Of a stretch of 64,000 bases of DNA, positions 37,068 through 51,049 are shown piece after piece. The notes beneath the pieces were generated by a model, which did not search any database, was not told where the DNA came from, and saw only the letters and a list, made by a program, of their open reading frames with translations. The stretch comes from Cetorhinus maximus (Eukaryota): contig NC_135906.1 in assembly GCF_964194155.1 (NCBI RefSeq), forward strand, positions 28,768,001 to 28,832,000, given 5' to 3'. Within the stretch, counting starts at the first letter, position 1. Each line of letters opens with the position of its first letter. Made by a program: the position numbers and the translations under genes.

Positions 37068-38786
37068 GTTTGTTGATGTACCACATGAGTTCGAGTGTAG
37101 TGTTTTTCACAGGATTTCAATTTACTTGACTTTGTTGATCCTGAGTCCAAATATAAAAATCCACCTATGTGGGGAAAAAAGGCTGCGTTGTTTATCTCAG
37201 ATTAGTCTTGTGTTCTATCAGTCCTAGATCTTAACCACTGCAAGGTTATAGTGTTCCTTGTGTCTATAGTGCCATTGGATCATGTTGAAAGCGAATTGGT
37301 TCACATACGAAAAACTTGAAACTCATTTGTAAAACATTGAGGAACTAACCTTGTCTCTTAGAGCTAAGATATACTTATAAATTCGGGCAAGTTGTTTCAA
37401 CAAAAGTGCTGGAAGCTCATGTTCATAGTTGAGTATTCTGCCAACACTCACCGTTCAAATTCAAATGAATAATAAAAACAGATGCTGGAAATACTCGGCA
37501 GGTTATGGCAGCATCTGTGAAGAAGAACAGAGATTTCCAGCATCTGCAGTATTCTGCTTTTTAAATGAATAATGGCCACTTGGACATGGAACTGGATGGT
37601 TGCTGATGCCAGTGGTATTTGCAAAATGGTGGATGTCCCATTTTCGGGATGGTTTCTGGGACCGAAGTCTGCATCAGCGTGAGGTGAGACTTCCCCTGAG
37701 ATATTGCCAGGAGAAGGCAATTAAGAGCCGGCAGGAGTGAAGGCAGCCAATTAAAAACGGCGAGTGAGCCAATCAGAGGGAGCCTTGGCAGTGCCACCAA
37801 GAGAGGTGGCCAGCGCTGAGAGAGCTAGGAGAAGGTGATGCGACCTCAAAATGGAGGCACCCCCCCCCCCCCCCCCCCCCCCCAGAAGGGTGAGCATCGC
37901 TTTATTTTTTTGATGAGCCAAGCAGGCAGGTCCATGAGAACATTTCCAGGTATTTTTATTTTTGTTTTGGAAAACTCCTCCACTGGCAGCGTCAGGGGCA
38001 TGGGGACCATCTTTGCCGCCAGAGGCCGCCTCGCCTCCCTGGACCTGTGCCGTTTCAACGCTGCCAAAATAACGGTGGCCTGGGAATATCGCCCTTAATT
38101 AGCCTGTAATTATTCAAATTGTCTGCCCGCTTCACTTCGGCAAGAACTTGATAACCGGTCCTGCCGCTGGCGTTCAGAATGAGTCAGGAAGCCATTCCAA
38201 CATGGCTCTTTGCTATTTTCCCAGCTTCATCAACACCCAGGACTAAGGTAAAATTCCACCCCTTATCCCAGCAAAAGTGAACACCCTTTAGCAGAGGAAT
38301 ATCAAGAGAAAAGGATAGGTTTGAAAAAAAAAGCTCCAGTGTCACTTTTTGACATTTTTAGCTTACGTCTCATAGAAACAAAGATTTTCTGAAAAAATTG
38401 TAACATAAGATTTAGAGAGATCAGTAGTTTACCTCCCACGATATTCTCATTAAAATACTCAATGTGGAATGTAGACTAAAGCTCAGTCATTGTAATACAC
38501 TACAGCAAATGTAGCACTAATCAGATATAACTATTAAATTATTAACTGTCTTAGCTATAGGAATCACGGATATATATTTATAACACCATTATCTACCATT
38601 ATATTAAACACGTTTAAGGTTCCAAGTAATTTTAACCGTGAGGAACAATCCCCCGTTCAGCTGCTGGTTATTGGAGACTTGACAGCAGGGATCAAGCCTC
38701 CCTTTCAACGTTTCTCAGTCATTTACAGAATTGTAAAAAAAATTGTACAAGATGGGGCTGTATTATTGCTCAAGTTGTTACTGATC

Positions 38787-39070
38787 ATAAGAATTAGGAG
38801 CCCATTAGGCCCATCAAGCCTGCTCCACTATTCAGGAAGGTCATGCCTGATTTGATTGTGGCTTTAACTCCATTTTCCTGCTAGCCTTCCATAACCCTTG
38901 ACTACTTTGTAGATCAAAAATATGTCTAACTCAGCCTTGGATCACTGATCCAGCCTCCACTGCTCTTTGCGGAAAAGAATTCCAAAGATTAACGACCCTC
39001 TGAGAGAAGAAATCTCTTCTCAGCTCCATATTAAATGGGAGACCCTTTATTTGTACACTCTGTCCCCTAG
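38787..39070 (-). mobile_element. CR1 3' end fragment (further short CR1 tails at about 90-215, 32975-33130, 55590-55705 and 56980-57050)
   Basis: FFSQRVVNLWNSFPQRAVEA motif in ORF 38931..39311 (-) and a CR1 3' UTR. Confidence 0.8.
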
Positions 39071-39277
39071 TTGTAGGTTTACACTGCAGTGAGCTGGTAC
39101 TTAGTGGCATCAATATCTCAGTCAACCAGGTTAATTGTAGATGAAATAATTGTTTTGCTAATGTTGTCTGCAATAATATCAAATGTTTCATTCTGTATAA
39201 TGTAAACATTTTTAAAAATCCATCACTCAAACAAATTTCAGTTTTGTTTTGCCTACTTTTGTACTTTGACCTGATAG

Positions 39278-39376
39278 AATTCACTGGGAAAATATGTTCC
39301 TGTCTTTCCAAAACCGAAAAGTCGACTTTCCCGCAGTAACCCTGTGAGGAACGATATGGAGATCAGCGACAAAGAG
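39278..39376 (+). CDS. BRME1: BRME1 coding exon 4 (NSLGKYVPVFPKPKSRLSRSNPVRNDMEISDKE)
   Basis: ctgatag acceptor and GAG|gtaata donor, 99 nt. NSLGKYVPVFPKPK resembles human NSFGRFVPQFAKSRK. Confidence 0.88.
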
Positions 39377-40106
39377 GTAATATGTAGTCCTGTCATGTTG
39401 CTACAATACAATAATAACTGTGTTATCACAATTATTTTTGCTCTAAACTATTTTAAAGAATACCGTGTAAATCACGCCAGTGTACTTACCTCCCGAGTGA
39501 AAATCTGGGTCTTTGACTCCAACATCCATATACCCACAGTCTCCAAAAGGAGTAACAGGATGGTTGTTCAAAATTCCCTCTCTCTAGCTTGTGGGACATT
39601 GAAGCCAATAATAACATGCCTTCCAGTGCTTTGGTGGAGATCAGAATTGAGCCTGAGTCCTACCTGGTCTGCATGGCTTGACACCATACCAGGCAGTGTG
39701 CTTATCAGCCAATGGGCACTATACAATCTTTCTAATGCTCCTATAATCAGCTATCACACCATACCTTGGCACACTTGTGTACTAGTATGTTGTAGCAATG
39801 ACCTGCCGTAGATTCTTGTGTTTTTTCTACAGTTTAGTGTTGCAGCAGCTACTGTAGAAGGGAACTCATTAGCCTGTACTTTATAAAAGTGATATTCCAG
39901 TAAATTGCATATTTTTATATCGTGTGTACATTGTGCTCCTTTTGCATACATTGTAAATAAACCATGCTGCTCGCATGCTTCTACTTCAGAAGCTCAATAA
40001 CATACATCGAAAATCATCCTGTATACCAGCTAAGGTAATATAAGTAACTGCATTCAGTCAGATGTAGACAAGTTTTTATTTAATTTTTTGCATTTTATTA
40101 CTTAAG

Positions 40107-42728
40107 AGCTTAAACAACAGTAAAGCGGAAGGTGACAGTAGTCCTCAGAACATGGATCTTGAAAATTCAGGATTTTGCCTGCCTGCTGCCAAGCACCAAC
40201 TACAGGTATCACAGCAATCACTGGAACAGATTGCTTGTAACACAATATCAAGTCAACCAAATGCAATAGAGTCAGGGAAAGAGCAGGAGACTGAGACAGA
40301 TGATTACTGCGTTAAACAAAGGAGTGATGGTGATGTATCGCTTTCAGACACGCAAATGGGGCCACAGCTTGTAGGCTGTGAGCTAGAGGAGTTGACTTGC
40401 CACTCAGACCAAAAAATTACTGAAGTAGAGAATAAAAGCAACAAACTAGACGACCATCAGATTGAAATAGATGTGTTTTGCAGCACTTTGATCCCAATAG
40501 CTCACAGCACACCAGATGAACGGCCACTAACTCAGTCAGAGTGTAAAATACAGAATTTCCCTGAAGAGAAGCCTGACCTTGAGCTTTTGCATCATTCTCT
40601 TTACCAGGAAAAGACTGATGTTGTGCCAGTCACCCTTGAGGAATTGACTCTTTGCCGAGGTGTAAAAAGGGAATGCACTATAGAACTCAATAACAATATT
40701 GATGGGAATGGAGAAAGATGTGTTCTTGTACCTGAAGCTTTTAAGAACTCTAGTTGCAGAGAGAAGACACGTAATCTTGTAGTAGTCTGTGAAGAGTTAA
40801 CTGGAACTGAGGTTAACAGACAAGAACTAGCTGTCCAAATGAAATTGACCACAGATATACCTGAACAGAATGATCTGAAAGACATAACCTGTTCACAGCC
40901 TCCTGACCTCTTGTGTTCCAACACCCTCCACCATTCACTTGATACTAATGCTGCAAATCAGGCAAAGAACACCTTTAATTCCCAAGCTAATATAATGAAT
41001 AGACATGAAAATGTAAATGAGAAACTGCAGGAGACACCCAGCTGTGAGGCTAAATTAAGCATTGCTATAAGAAGTAATGTCCTGCAAAACTTTGATGCTT
41101 GCCAAAAGGATGGTGATTGGTCTGACATAAATGGTGCTTGCAACCCTGGGTCTGAAGTGACTATCAGCAAAATACTGCACAAAGACTCAAATGACCATCA
41201 AGTTAAACCTCAACAGCAGCCCAGCCAATGCTTTCTGGAAGATGAAACAATGGAGATTGATCATGAGACTTTATCTGGCCACCAAGGTGAACTTGAGTCT
41301 GAAAGTCAGAAAATTGCCCAGAATCTTTGCAACAGCTTTCATGATCATGATGTTAGTATAGAGGGGCGCAGTTCTGCAAATTGTAGTGATGCTGGTGAGG
41401 AAACAAAGCAGCTGATCCAAGAGGCGTTAAATAATAGTCATAGCAACAATCCATTAACAACTGACTTTGCAGACCAAAAACATAATTCTACTGCACGAAG
41501 TCAAGCTGGGCTGGGAGAACAATGCGTTAGATCCAGGCAATCTGAGTTTCCAGAAGCTCCATTACTTAACACAGTGCTCAATTACTCACAAACCAATCTG
41601 CTTTCAGCAAACAAGACAGCTGATGTGTCTGCGAGCACTGGGGCTTTTAAGGTATATAATGGAAACAGCTGTAACACAGAACCTCAACTTGGCCTGCAAA
41701 CTGGCATCACTAGATCGCAAGAGCGGGAAATCACAGAAAAGGCGCTACCTGTTGCAAACCTCAACCCTTCACAACAAGCTATCTGTCCAATCAAGAGTGA
41801 AGCCATTCTTTCTACTGAAGTCAACGATCATCAGATGCTTTTTGATGGTAATTACAATGGAAAGGTTACGAAGGACAACAAAGAGTTAGACAGTAAAACA
41901 ACAGTGGTCATAACCGATGAGCTAAAATCCAGCATGTTTTTATCGTTATATAACGTAGACTTCCAAATTGAAAGCAATTTGAGCAATGTCACTGAAGAAA
42001 AAGACAAAGAAGATTTAGGTAGAAAAGAGATTCAATGTAAGACCGGCATTAAAAGAACGAAAGAAGATGTTACTGTAACTTTACTGTTACCAGGCATTGG
42101 AATGGAAGACTGTGTTGATGGGCATCAGCCGGAAGATAAAATGAAGAAAGCAATTCAAGCTGGAGGGAGTATATCCACAGGCATAGACTGTGGTGGTGTG
42201 AACATCAGTAATAATCAGAAGTCAGGCATAGAAGAACAGTCTGTCCCGCCTTTAATGGACCATATTGCAGAGAGAGAAAGTTTAAATGAAAGTGGTACTT
42301 TTGATGAAATAGGTTTCCCTGTGGAGAAGATAGATATGGAACTGGGTTGTGAGATGTCTGGAGATGTGAATGCATTACCCAAAACTGATCCAAATCTAGC
42401 AGCCATTCCACAGTATCAGTCACCGGAAGATTTCACAAAGAGGCACGGATACCTTTCAATGGTATTTCCACCCTCAAGAAATGAAATGCCAAGTCATTGT
42501 TCTGATGGTAGTGATGTTAACATAGAAACAAGCCACTATAACAAAATAAATGAACGTGAAAGGATAAGTAGCATTAATGAAAGCAAAAGCTGCAGTATTT
42601 CTTTGGTGGATGTGGGCTCCTCCAGTAAGGAACAGGAGAACAATAAGATTCAGTATGTACCAGCACCTCAGAGCGCGAACCAAAGGAATAAAAGTGAACA
42701 AAAACCATTCTCCTGTACAAAAAGCAAG
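40107..42728 (+). CDS. BRME1: BRME1 large central exon (874 codons, acidic and Ser/Asn/Gln-rich, probably disordered)
   Basis: Open frame 40152..42800. In-frame acceptor after a pyrimidine tract (cttaag|AGC) and strong AAG|gtaagg donor; 2622 nt, phase 0-0. Confidence 0.85.
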
Positions 42729-43791
42729 GTAAGGATGTTTTTATTAATAAGGGTTAAAAGCAGCACTGACGTGCAAATATTCAACCAAAAAACACTATAA
42801 AAGTTACCAACATCTACTTTTAACTGGTAGAATTGTATACCCTAACCTCAGGACTTCAAAAGAAGTGTACCAGGGGAAGAATTCCTCTGATTCTAAAGCT
42901 AGGACATTGTAAATGTGTTCATGAAGATTTCTCTCTTTATTTCTAGGAACAGTGTAAGCTTGTTCAAAAAGAAAAGAAAGACTTGCATTTATTTAGAAAC
43001 ACTGACCAAGGGAAATAGTCATGAAAATGTTTACGATGTTGCTACACAAACTGACCAGAGTAATTCCTCCCTCAATATTTAGTGGGATGAATTTCCTCTA
43101 ATTGTGTGCTAATTCCCAGCTCTTGATCTCCGCTGTAGCAAGAATATAATCAGATTTTTTTGGAGCCATTTCCATTTTTCTGTGCCAAGCGTCACTGGCT
43201 CAGTTGGTGGCACTGTAGCCTCTGGATCAAAAGGCTGTAGGTACAAACGCCACTGTAGCACGTAATCTAGGCTGATAATTCAGTGTTGTACTGTGGAAGT
43301 ATAGCATCATAAGAGCTATTGTACTTCCGATTACTTCAGATGAGACTTTAAACTGAGGCACCTTCCTGGTGATCCAGGTGGGAATGAAAGATTCCGTGGT
43401 ACATGTGAGTTGTCCTGACCTAAATTTCATCCCCAACCAACATCATAAAAACAGAGTAACTGGTTATTCATTTCATTACTGTTTGTGGGACCTTTCTGTA
43501 GTCAAAAATGATCATAGTGTTTACTCTTAACCGTACAATGTAATTCATTCCACGTGTCTTGTACACGGTTATTTTACTGAGTGGACATTAGCACATCCCT
43601 AATAAATCGGAAGAGTTTAAGCTATCCTCCATGAATACATTTGTACCAGTTAGAGCACATTGTTACAAAATAACTCTCGTCAGCATGTGATGTAAAAATT
43701 TTAATAATGATCATTCAATAAACATAAAACCTCTATTCCCCTATTGTAGAGTTTTTGACATTTCACTTAGCTCTCGTTTCTCTTGTTTTAG

Positions 43792-43828
43792 GCACTAACC
43801 AAACTCACTAATGACGAGGTACAACCAG
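43792..43828 (+). CDS. BRME1: BRME1 small exon (ALTKLTNDEVQP)
   Basis: ttctcttgttttag acceptor and CAG|gtaatt donor, 37 nt. Supplies the phase 0 to 1 shift needed to keep the next exon open. Confidence 0.65.
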
Positions 43829-45310
43829 GTAATTAAACAAAAAGTTTATTATATAATAATGTTTACATGGCAGAAATACTATTTCCACCATTTAAATTGA
43901 GGAGTATTGTTTTATTTATCTGTTTGGTATAAGTTACTTTATTTTCTTTTTACCTTTTCTCTTTGGAATCTTCCATGGCACACATCATTCTTGAAAGAGC
44001 ACATAGGGCTGGAGGCTTGTTAGAAGATGTGAAGTTGGCCCAGAGTGACTGGCTGCCTTCATTTTTCAATCCCTTTCTATGGTTAAGTCCCCAGTTACTG
44101 CACAGCAGAGAGTCTGAGATCAAGGACTGGAGTGCAGAAAGAAACCTTGTTATAGCACCTGGTACAGTGTATTGGAACTCCTTTAGCAAACAGCTTTAGG
44201 TTTTGTTTTTTTTTCATTCCTACTCAGTAAATCCTTTTGCACTGCTCATTGATCCTTTGGGAAGCAGCCAACCGGATTCAAGGCTTCTGTCAGTGATAAA
44301 CTGGAACTGGTTGCTAGGAGATATTTAAGAGTACCACAGGCTGACCTTCTCGCTGACTTTCCAGCCTTTTTCTCCAGTCTGGAAGCATTTCAATACCATT
44401 TGGCCGTTCACCGTGACAGTGTGGTCAAAATTGAGAATTTGCTGTGTGAAGCATTTTAGGCACAGATTCCACTCCCTGTTGTGCAGCCTGTTCATGTGCT
44501 AATTTATTCTCCCCCCCCTCCCAAAACGATTAAAGAACGGGAACACTTCCTGGCACCTGGTTATTCCTGGAGCTGTATTCTGTAGAAGTCGCAACGTTCA
44601 TTAAACAATGCATTGTCCCTATGTTGATCTAAATTTTGGATGTAATTTAGCTCATTTATATGTAATTTGTCAACAAAACTAAGAAATAAGTTCAAATACA
44701 TTGCATTGTAGAGGTGGAGGCTGGTATATTGTGAACATGATCACCATAAGGAAGCTTGCAACGTAAGCATTCAGCCCAGGACTTAAGCAATTGTGGGCTC
44801 TTTACCCCTTCTGTTCTAAAGATCTTTATGCTCTTTTCCTAAAGCTCTGTGAATCAAATGTATCTATTACTATCTCGATACATCTCAGTATGGTTTTTTT
44901 GATGGGGTATTGATCCAGTCACGTTTTGGGCAAAATATCATTTTAAACATATCAATTCACCAAGAATAATTTATTCTGGTATCCTGATGAATTCACAATC
45001 TCAGCTGTTCTGTTATAGGGAAATGTGATTCTAATCTAGGTGCTTCCTCACAGGGAAGGACATGAAATTAGTAAGAGCTAACCCAGGGCCACCCCCAGTT
45101 TGGAATGGTATTGACAGAACCCTTGGTAGCAAGTTGATTGTGGTACCTTATGTAAATAGACCATAAGAAAGCAAGGAAAGTAGATCTTAATATTGACAAA
45201 TTTATCTGAAGGTCTGAGAACCATAATACAGTATAGGGTATTAACAAAACTGGAAAGAGTAAGAGAGAAAGATCACAATAAATTAAGGAATGAATTGAGT
45301 GAATTGAGAT

Positions 45311-45357
45311 GACATGATCTTAAATGACATGGATCTTAAATGACATGGATCTTAAAT
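45311..45357. repeat. 16-bp tandem repeat x3 (gacatggatcttaaat)
   Basis: Direct reading. Confidence 0.85.
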
Positions 45358-46127
45358 GCCTGTAGATTATAGAAAGAAGAGAATATTGAGGGAGGAATAA
45401 TACCTCAACTAAACAACTACTGGGATTTTTTGACATCTGGTAAACACATAGTTGTGTCTGCTCCAATGAAAGGCTGCTATTCAGTTTAATTTACAGTGTT
45501 TGTGATTTGGTCCCAAAGACTTCTTGGGAGTTGCTGTTGAGTAATACTCAATGGACTCTTGAAAAACAATGGGATATCTGTAATAGGGCTGACCTGTAAG
45601 TGTCAGCGAAAGGGAGATCCTCAAGTTATGTGGCAGGCATATTGAAGGGGAGCCCCTACTGGCATTGCTCCTTTATCTGTCCCACACAGTTTAGCTGAGA
45701 TAGAGATTAAAAGAGAAAGGTGAGAGTGCTGGAAATCTTAAATTATGAATGCTGGGACAGGTCTGATAGAAAGTAAGGGGGAAGGAAAGGTTATCATCAG
45801 AACTGGAGACTTTCTTGCTTCCACAAAGAATCCTTTTAAACCATGATTTCTGCAAAACTAAATGTTAAAAATGTCATTGTGGTGGAAGAACTTTATACCA
45901 CTTGCTTGTATTGGAACTTTCTCAGAGAATTACACAATTGTTTCTGACTGCAAACACATAGTTTCGCATTGAATATAATTTACAAAAACTTTTACAACAT
46001 GTTTCCATGACCCGAGATGAATGGAGCATAAACTTTCAGATTCATCGTGATTTCTAAAATTGTCAATGGATCGAAAGCTATTGTAATTCGTGATTAAACC
46101 AATGAACCGGTCATCTCTTCCTCGTAG

Positions 46128-46260
46128 GTGATAAAGATTATGAATTACAACTCTTTAAACCGACATTAGAAAACAAGGCTGTGACAGAACTTCCAGCACT
46201 CAATGCCCCTCAGGAAGATAATGCCAATTTTGCATCTGAGCTCGAAGATCTGCATTTAAG
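46128..46260 (+). CDS. BRME1: BRME1 exon (DKDYELQLFKPTLENKAVTELPALNAPQEDNANFASELEDLHL)
   Basis: ctcttcctcgtag acceptor and AAG|gtgtca donor, 133 nt. Open in phase 1 (phase 0 hits TAG); ends in phase 2, matching the next exon. Confidence 0.68.
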
Positions 46261-46582
46261 GTGTCAATAGTTTTTAATTAATATATGTGATATTAGACAT
46301 TAGATACTGGATGATGAGACCTTATCTTTCATCTCTAGGACTTGAGTTTAAACCCCATCTAGACCATAAGGATCTATTGTGTAATGAGTTTGAGGTATTC
46401 TCCACACAGTTCCTAGTTGCCATCAACTCTTAGTACAAAACTGCCTCAATCTACATTAGTAGGTACTAAATTGGCAGCCTTATTCATAGATACTACTGGA
46501 CAGCTGATAGGTGTGGACAAATAGATGAGTGTCTCACTGGGAAAGCTAGGCCAATTGGTTTGAGTCTGAGCCTGCAATTGCT

Positions 46583-46746
46583 GTGACCTACCTTAGCTTA
46601 GAGTGCTGAATAATAATATTGGTGTGACCTGCCTTGGCTGAGAGTGCTGAATAATAATATTGGTGTGACCTGCCTTAGCTGAGAATGCTGAATAATAATA
46701 TTGGTGTGACCTGCCTTAGCTGAGAGTGCTGAATAATAATATTGGT
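46583..46746. repeat. 41-bp tandem repeat x4
   Basis: gtgacctgccttagctgagagtgctgaataataatattggt at 46583, 46624, 46665 and 46706. Confidence 0.95.
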
Positions 46747-47157
46747 GCTAGAAGTAGAAAACTGTCATAAGTAATTATTGAAAAGATTTAATCATTTTCT
46801 ATTCTTTTGTAAACCTCAAAGGGCCTCAAGGCCTGAACTATTGTAAGGATGAATGGATCTGAAGTTATGCCATGTTTAATTATATCTAATACTTAAATGG
46901 GTGGGAAGCAGTCAGTGGCATTTAAAAGAGACCCAGGAGTTAGAATGTCCTGGGCTTCATTTTTACTGCAGCAGATGAGCTTTGAACTGATCCCAGTTAA
47001 AATTAGGGACCACAGATGGGACACCAGACAGGAAATGGGCAGTCAGCGGTTTAAAACTACCCCTGACAACACTTTTCAGATATGTTTTGTCACTGGCTGT
47101 TTGAGTGCTTCCATAATGATAAAGTCTAAAGTGAATCTGTCCTTGATATGGTTACAG

Positions 47158-47253
47158 TGAATCCGATTGGCAGGCCTTTTCTCCTTCCACAGAAGAAGAG
47201 GAAGACGCTACACATGTTGTCTGTGGGCTCATTAGTGAACTTTCCAAAATAAA
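47158..47253 (+). CDS. BRME1: BRME1 conserved C-terminal helix exon (…EEEEDATHVVCGLISELSKIN)
   Basis: ggttacag acceptor and AA|gtgagt donor, 96 nt. Matches human EDATNVVRGLIVELSNLN, in the region reported to bind HSF2BP/MEILB2. Confidence 0.92.
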
Positions 47254-47854
47254 GTGAGTAATCTTTAGGGACCCCAAATCATTTGTGTGCTCTAAAAAGA
47301 TTTTCAGTATTTTTGACAACTGTTTAAAGCAATTTCTAAATGCTGAAGGAAAAGCAACTAATAGAAGTGATATGATCACAGTGATTATTTTTATAGTGAG
47401 TCATTGAGTGCTGTGTGGATCTTGTGTTGTGACATTTAATGCCGTGATTGCTGCTGACTATCTCACACATGAGTGACAGAGATACAAATGTGCTGTGTTT
47501 AGGCCCATCATTTGTACAAAAATGTGACTCACTGGGGAATTAACTGTTTTCCCTGGTCATAATCATTTCATAAATTATTAATGCTGTAAGGAGTATTTGG
47601 GCAGTCAGTCCCACACCAGCTAAGTGTGGAGGTGCTGAATATGAGTCAGGCAACTCCATGAGAGAGGGAAGCCCACTTGTGAACATTTTGGTAGGCAACC
47701 AAAAACAGCACTATTTCAATGTCTTGTCAGTTACATTGTTAAGGTTAAGAGAAATAGGTGATGGGTATTGATTGTCTTTGAGCTCATATAAATAGGGGAT
47801 AACTGGGACACTGGGTTGAGTGGGAGAAGAGCTGTAAAACTGAACAAGTCAATA

Positions 47855-49275
47855 CACTGACTCCGACAGCTACCTTGACTATAAATCCTCACACCCCACT
47901 TCCTGCAAGGACTCCATCCCATTCTCTCAGTTCCTTTGCTTCTGTCGCATCTGTTCCGATGATGCCACTTTCCAAAACAGTGTGTCTGACATGTCTTCCT
48001 TCTTCCTTAACCGAGGTTTCCCACCCACGGTGGTTGACAGGGCCCTCAACCGTGTCCGACCCATCTCCCGTGCCTCTGCCCTCACACCTTCCTCTCCCTC
48101 CCAGAACCATGATAGGGTCCCCCTTGTCCTCACTTTTTACCCCTCCAGCCTTTGCATTCAAAGGATCATCCTCCACCATTTCCACCAACTCCAGCATGTT
48201 GCCACCACCAAACACATCTTCCCTTCACCCCTCTGTCAGCATTCCGGAGGGCCCGTTCCCTCCGGGACACCCTGGTCCACTCCTCCATCACCCCCTACAC
48301 CTCAACCCCCTCTCACGACACCTTCCCATGCAATTGCAGAAGGTGCAACACCTGCACCTTTACTTCCCCCCGCGTCATCGTCCAAGGGCCCAAACACTCC
48401 TTTCAAATGAAGCAGCATTTCACTTGCACTTCCCTCAATTTGGTCTACTGCATACGCTGCTCCCAGTGCGGTTTCCTCTACATTGGAGAGACCAAACGCA
48501 GACTGGGTGACCGCTTTGCAGAACACCTTCGGTCTGTCCACAAACATGACCCAGACCTCCCTGTCGCTTGCCATTTTAACACCCCACCCTGCTCTCTTGC
48601 CCACATGTCCGTCCTTGGCCTGCTGCATTGTTCCAGTGAAGCTCAACGCAAACTGGAGGAACAGCACCTCATCTTCCGATTAGGCACTTCACAGCCTCCC
48701 GGACTTAACATTGAGTTCAACAACTTCAGATCATGAACTCTCTCCTCCATCCTTACCCCTTTTTGATCCCTTTTTTCAATATTCATTTTTTAATTTACAT
48801 GTATATATTTTTTTCCCGCCCATTTCTATTATTATTTTAAAATTTATTTCCATCCATTGTTTTATCTCCACCTTTTAGCCTATTTCCATCTTTTTTCCCA
48901 CACTGTCCCCTCCCCCACCCCACCCCCACGAGGGCCACCTGTCACTTGCTCATTCTGCTTTCTACTTTTAACGTCACCATTAGCACTTCCTTTAGCCAGT
49001 ATCACCACCATCAACACCCCTTCGACTTTTTGTCTATGACATCTTTTGCAATCTCTTCTTTGCCTCCACCTATCACTGGCCTTCTATCCAGCTTCACCTG
49101 TCTCACCCCCCTTAAACAGTGTATATTTCACCACATTTCTACTTCTCTTTAGTCCTGAAGAAGAGTCGAAACGTTCACTCTGTCTTTCTCTCCGTAGATG
49201 CTGTCAGACCTGCTGAGTTTTTCCAGCAATTTTTGTTTTTGTTTCAGATTTCCAGCATCCGCCGTATTTTGCTTC
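47855..49275 (+). mobile_element. Penelope-like element 3' fragment with frameshift
   Basis: ORFs 47982..48410 and 48152..48736 carry the GIY-YIG region and are highly similar to 20600-21470; 3' pLTR with a damaged hammerhead at about 49151-49180. Confidence 0.92.
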
Positions 49276-49861
49276 TAACTTAAGTCAATAAACTTTCTCA
49301 ATAAAGAAAAGCCCTTGGTTTTGTCTTCACCAATCCGCGTGGATCTGTTAACGCACTAGATATGGCCAACTTGGTTGCAGCAGGCTCATTAGGGAAATGT
49401 CAGGAAGGGATGGAAACCTGGGGAAAGTAGGAGGTAATACACTCGCAAAAGAAATTTGCTATCAGCAAACAAGAGTGTGAGGAAACCTTTCTGTTCGAAG
49501 TACTCCTTTATTCCAAGCACAAATTGTCAGCCTCACATTATATTTCTTTTACGTTTTCTTGCCAATATGAACGCCTTCAATTATTGTCTCACTCCCTGCT
49601 TGACCCACTATAATTATGGTAATTGCAGGTAACCTCCCAGACATGCACCATTTTAAGCACTAGCAGTCTTTGTTTCAAAATAGCGTCTGGCCCACTCTGT
49701 AGCTGTGCAGCCTTGAGAAACCATTGTAGGGAATGGGAAACCTGCATCTCTAACTGGTAGTACAGTGTGCCAGAGTTGGGTAGCTATCAGACCTGTTTGA
49801 AGTTATGCCCCTGTGGAACTGCCCAAGAATGCTGCATATAATCAATGTCATGGGACAAGCA

Positions 49862-50447
49862 GGGGTGGATTTTACAGGGTGGGGGAGGGGGGGGGGTGCG
49901 GATCACCTGCACCCCCGACTCCAACCAAAAAGTCATTTGGCACTGCGCTGACCAGAAACCTGCGGTGATATTATGCTGGGATCAGCCTTAATTGTTTCAG
50001 AGTGGGACTTCCGCCCTCACCTAGGAGGAAATCCCACCCTGGAGACCTACTGGCCAATCTCATTGGCTGCCAGCTGTGTGGTCCCAGCGGCGCCAGGTTT
50101 GAGTAGTGGTCACTGTTGGGACTACAGGCAGCCCTCGAGAAGAAGTGTCATGGATCCCGGACTTAAGGTAATTCCAGGGATCTTGGATAGGCCTGCCACA
50201 GCCCACACAGTGAAAGCTACCCAGCTTGCTTCTGCCTCCCCCTGCTGCATGTATTCAGGTGATAGAGGTGGAATGAGGCCCCACTTAAGGGCCACACTAC
50301 GCCTAAAGGTCAGTGGGCTGCTTGAGTTACCCACCCATTGTAATATGGGAGATGTGAGAGAATGGTGGTGGGCAGGCCATCCAATTTATCTTATGAGCCC
50401 TCCCACCTTAAGATACACCAGCGGGTGGGGGGCATAAAATTCACCCC
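49862..50447. mobile_element. GC-rich MITE-like element with terminal inverted repeats GGGGTG(G/A)ATTTTA; related elements at about 36019-36670 and 37590-38260
   Basis: Left end ggggtggatttta, right end taaaattcacccc; no coding capacity. Confidence 0.65.
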
Positions 50448-51049
50448 TATGTTCAGATGCAATCGTGTTTCACTTTTCTGCACTAGTGAAAGTTCCCTGA
50501 AGGAACAGATACTGTCTGAGGTGAATGTGGGACATGCCATGTTTTGTACCTTGCATTACTTTCTAAAGTGGAATCGCTTTTGAAGTTGAAGAATGGAACA
50601 AACAGGAGAGCAAATGAAACGTGGATTTCATAATAGCATCAGCTAGTGAACCTAGCCGTTTTCTTCCTCTTGCCCCAGCCATCCTGTGCCCATATTTTCT
50701 CTCCCTGCAAAGCGAAGTTGAAATGTGGAGCTCTTGCTGTTTCATGTACAGCCATTGAGTTTGTTTTTCTCAGCATTAGGGCTGGTTTCTTCCCCCTGCA
50801 AGATGGAGCAACACCATAAGTTTAGAATTTAGAAAGGAACATCTAGAAAGCATTTAATGTACAGCAATTTACGCTAAAAATGCAGTGACCATTCTAAAGT
50901 AAGCAAACACACAGCAGCCTTTTCTGAACAATGACTGCAGTGAGATGAGAGCCAGCTGGAAGCTGGAAGAATTCATGTCTTGAAAAAGGAACAAGGCAAA
51001 GCGTGGCAGAAAGAGCCTGGAGAGTTGCTGCTGGCTTTATTGTAAATAG

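Noticed and set aside
42947-43018. In-frame acceptor after the large BRME1 exon giving EQCKLVQKEKKDLHLFRNTDQGK* (possible truncating exon)
   Set aside because: Contains aagaaagacttgcatttat, the reverse-complemented SINE/L2 tail, and has no supporting homology; needs RNA-seq evidence.
46583-46746. Possible CRISPR-like array (the 31-bp and 51-bp repeats were also considered)
   Set aside because: Units are head-to-tail with no unique spacers, the context is vertebrate, and there are no cas genes; these are ordinary minisatellites.
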